A DNA stretch of 64,000 nucleotides. Source: Paraspadella gotoi. Lineage: Eukaryota; Animalia; Chaetognatha. The stretch spans positions 21,060,645-21,124,644 of the forward strand of contig CM119264.1 of assembly GCA_051294375.1 (NCBI GenBank), written 5' to 3'. The notes under the pieces were generated by a model. That model did no database searches. It was not told the DNA's origin and saw nothing but the letters and a program-made list of their open reading frames with translations. Of the stretch, positions 62,467 through 64,000 are shown piece after piece. Position 1 is the stretch's first letter; each line of letters opens with the position of its first letter. The position numbers and the translations under genes are program-made.

Positions 62467-64000
62467 AGCTAAAGTAAAACACCAATGCCAGGTTGCAAGT
62501 CCTGGAGGCAAAAATGTGAGAAATTCAGTAAATTCCATAAACTATAGTTTACCCCGTGTCCGTTCGCGAGTGACACCAATAAAATGCGTACCATTTCTCA
62601 TTGGATAAATATTTCGCGTATCCAAAATTTAAGCAAAAAATGGGGTAAAATTCCCAAAGACATTGAGAGTCCAAAATTTGTTTTAATGTAATAAGGACAT
62701 AACGAACTACCAGAATCTCCAGTACAGTAACGATTCTCCATAAACTCTATAGTCCATAGTATAACCCCCCCTAGTATCTACGATATGATATGTAATGATA
62801 AATTACAGAAACAAAAAATGAATCAAAAATATCAAAGGTTAAGTTGTAAAGGTTTTTTTAATTTTTGTATTCATGTGAGAGATGCCGACTCTGCCAAACC
62901 AATATGCCCCAAATGTCGTCCCGGTTTCTATCCCCTTGCTTTACCCCCTTCTTTGGCAAGCCGCCAATGGTTTCTGTTATGCCCTTTAGGCACTGCAGGC
63001 CACGTTATTTCAATTGTTAATATTTCTTATGATGGGAAGGTCTGAATTTATCTTAACACCTATGGGATAGAAATGGGCTCTAGCTTGGAGACAGGTTAAT
63101 AACTGAAAATTTACTGTTATACAAAAAATCGAAATTGCGATGAAATGACGGATTTGTAATTCGCCACTTAACAACCTATGTATATGTGAAGAAAATGAAA
63201 AAACTCCACAATACACAAAAAAGAACAACACACAAAAGAAAACTTCGTTCAAAATAATCAAATTAAAGACATAAGTTAGATCAGGAAAAAAATGTGCAAA
63301 TAAAAATTGTATGTAAATCATGTAGGAATTCTCTCTTTTATTAATTCAGAAAGAAATAATCTCTTGCCGCAAATTGTTTACTTAAAAAAATTACTGATTT
63401 TTAAATTAATATTTTACCTTTATATAATTGAATTTAAAAATAAATCCTCAGGCCATGCAGAAAATGATCGTTTTTGTTTTTACTAGGTTTCTTCAACCGC
63501 AACAAAGACAACTTAGCCCAACTTAATACAACCGATCTTGGAGTTAGTTTTTCAATTATCTAACTTCTTCAGAATCAGTCATACCAGCAATCATACCAAC
63601 AAAGAGCAAACATTGCGTCCTACCGGTATACAACTTCCTTTGGTAATTTAAATCACATTCATATATAACAAATAAAAACTAACATTATTTTAAAAACAAA
63701 ATCAAAATATATTAGATTTTAATAGTTGATGTTAATTTTTGACTTTTCACCAACTATCAGCTACGCATGACAATTAGAATTCTCAAGTTAAAGCGACTTT
63801 GAAAGGTAAAGCGAATAATATAAACAAAACGGGCAAATCTGGAATTGAAGTGATATTGCATATTGTCAAATCCATCGACTCAGCATTGCATATCGGCGAA
63901 TGCCTTCAAATTGTCGGCTGTTTTGAAGAGCGTGAGAAAAGTCTTTTTGACCCAGGGGTCATCGGTCCGGTGAGAGTCGTTGCCATGGTCGCAGAGTTCC

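Overview
Eukaryotic (metazoan, probably invertebrate) draft-assembly window: AT-rich, saturated with (AG/CT)n microsatellites, with three N gaps. Almost all ORFs in the supplied track are microsatellite or low-complexity artefacts. Two real spliced genes converge. (1) A dynein regulatory complex subunit 1 gene (DRC1/CCDC164) on + (~7.1-14.3 kb, 16 phase-consistent exons, possibly more 5'), with GC-AG donor(s) and one candidate GG-AG donor. (2) A single-pass immunoglobulin-superfamily receptor/adhesion gene on - (stop at 18992, 11 exons up to 61166, 5' end not found). The introns hold nested mobile elements: hAT-type MITEs with 8-bp TSDs, a deleted Tc1, Helentron-type (HINE/DINE-like) elements, a Gypsy-like deleted element plus solo LTR, Penelope-type pLTRs with minimal hammerhead ribozymes, and a tRNA-headed ~230-bp repeat that behaves like the LTR of a TRIM-like element (repeat, PBS-like site, short internal region, repeat). 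Two large inverted duplications abut assembly gaps and are probably artefacts. Homology statements are from recall, not from database searches.
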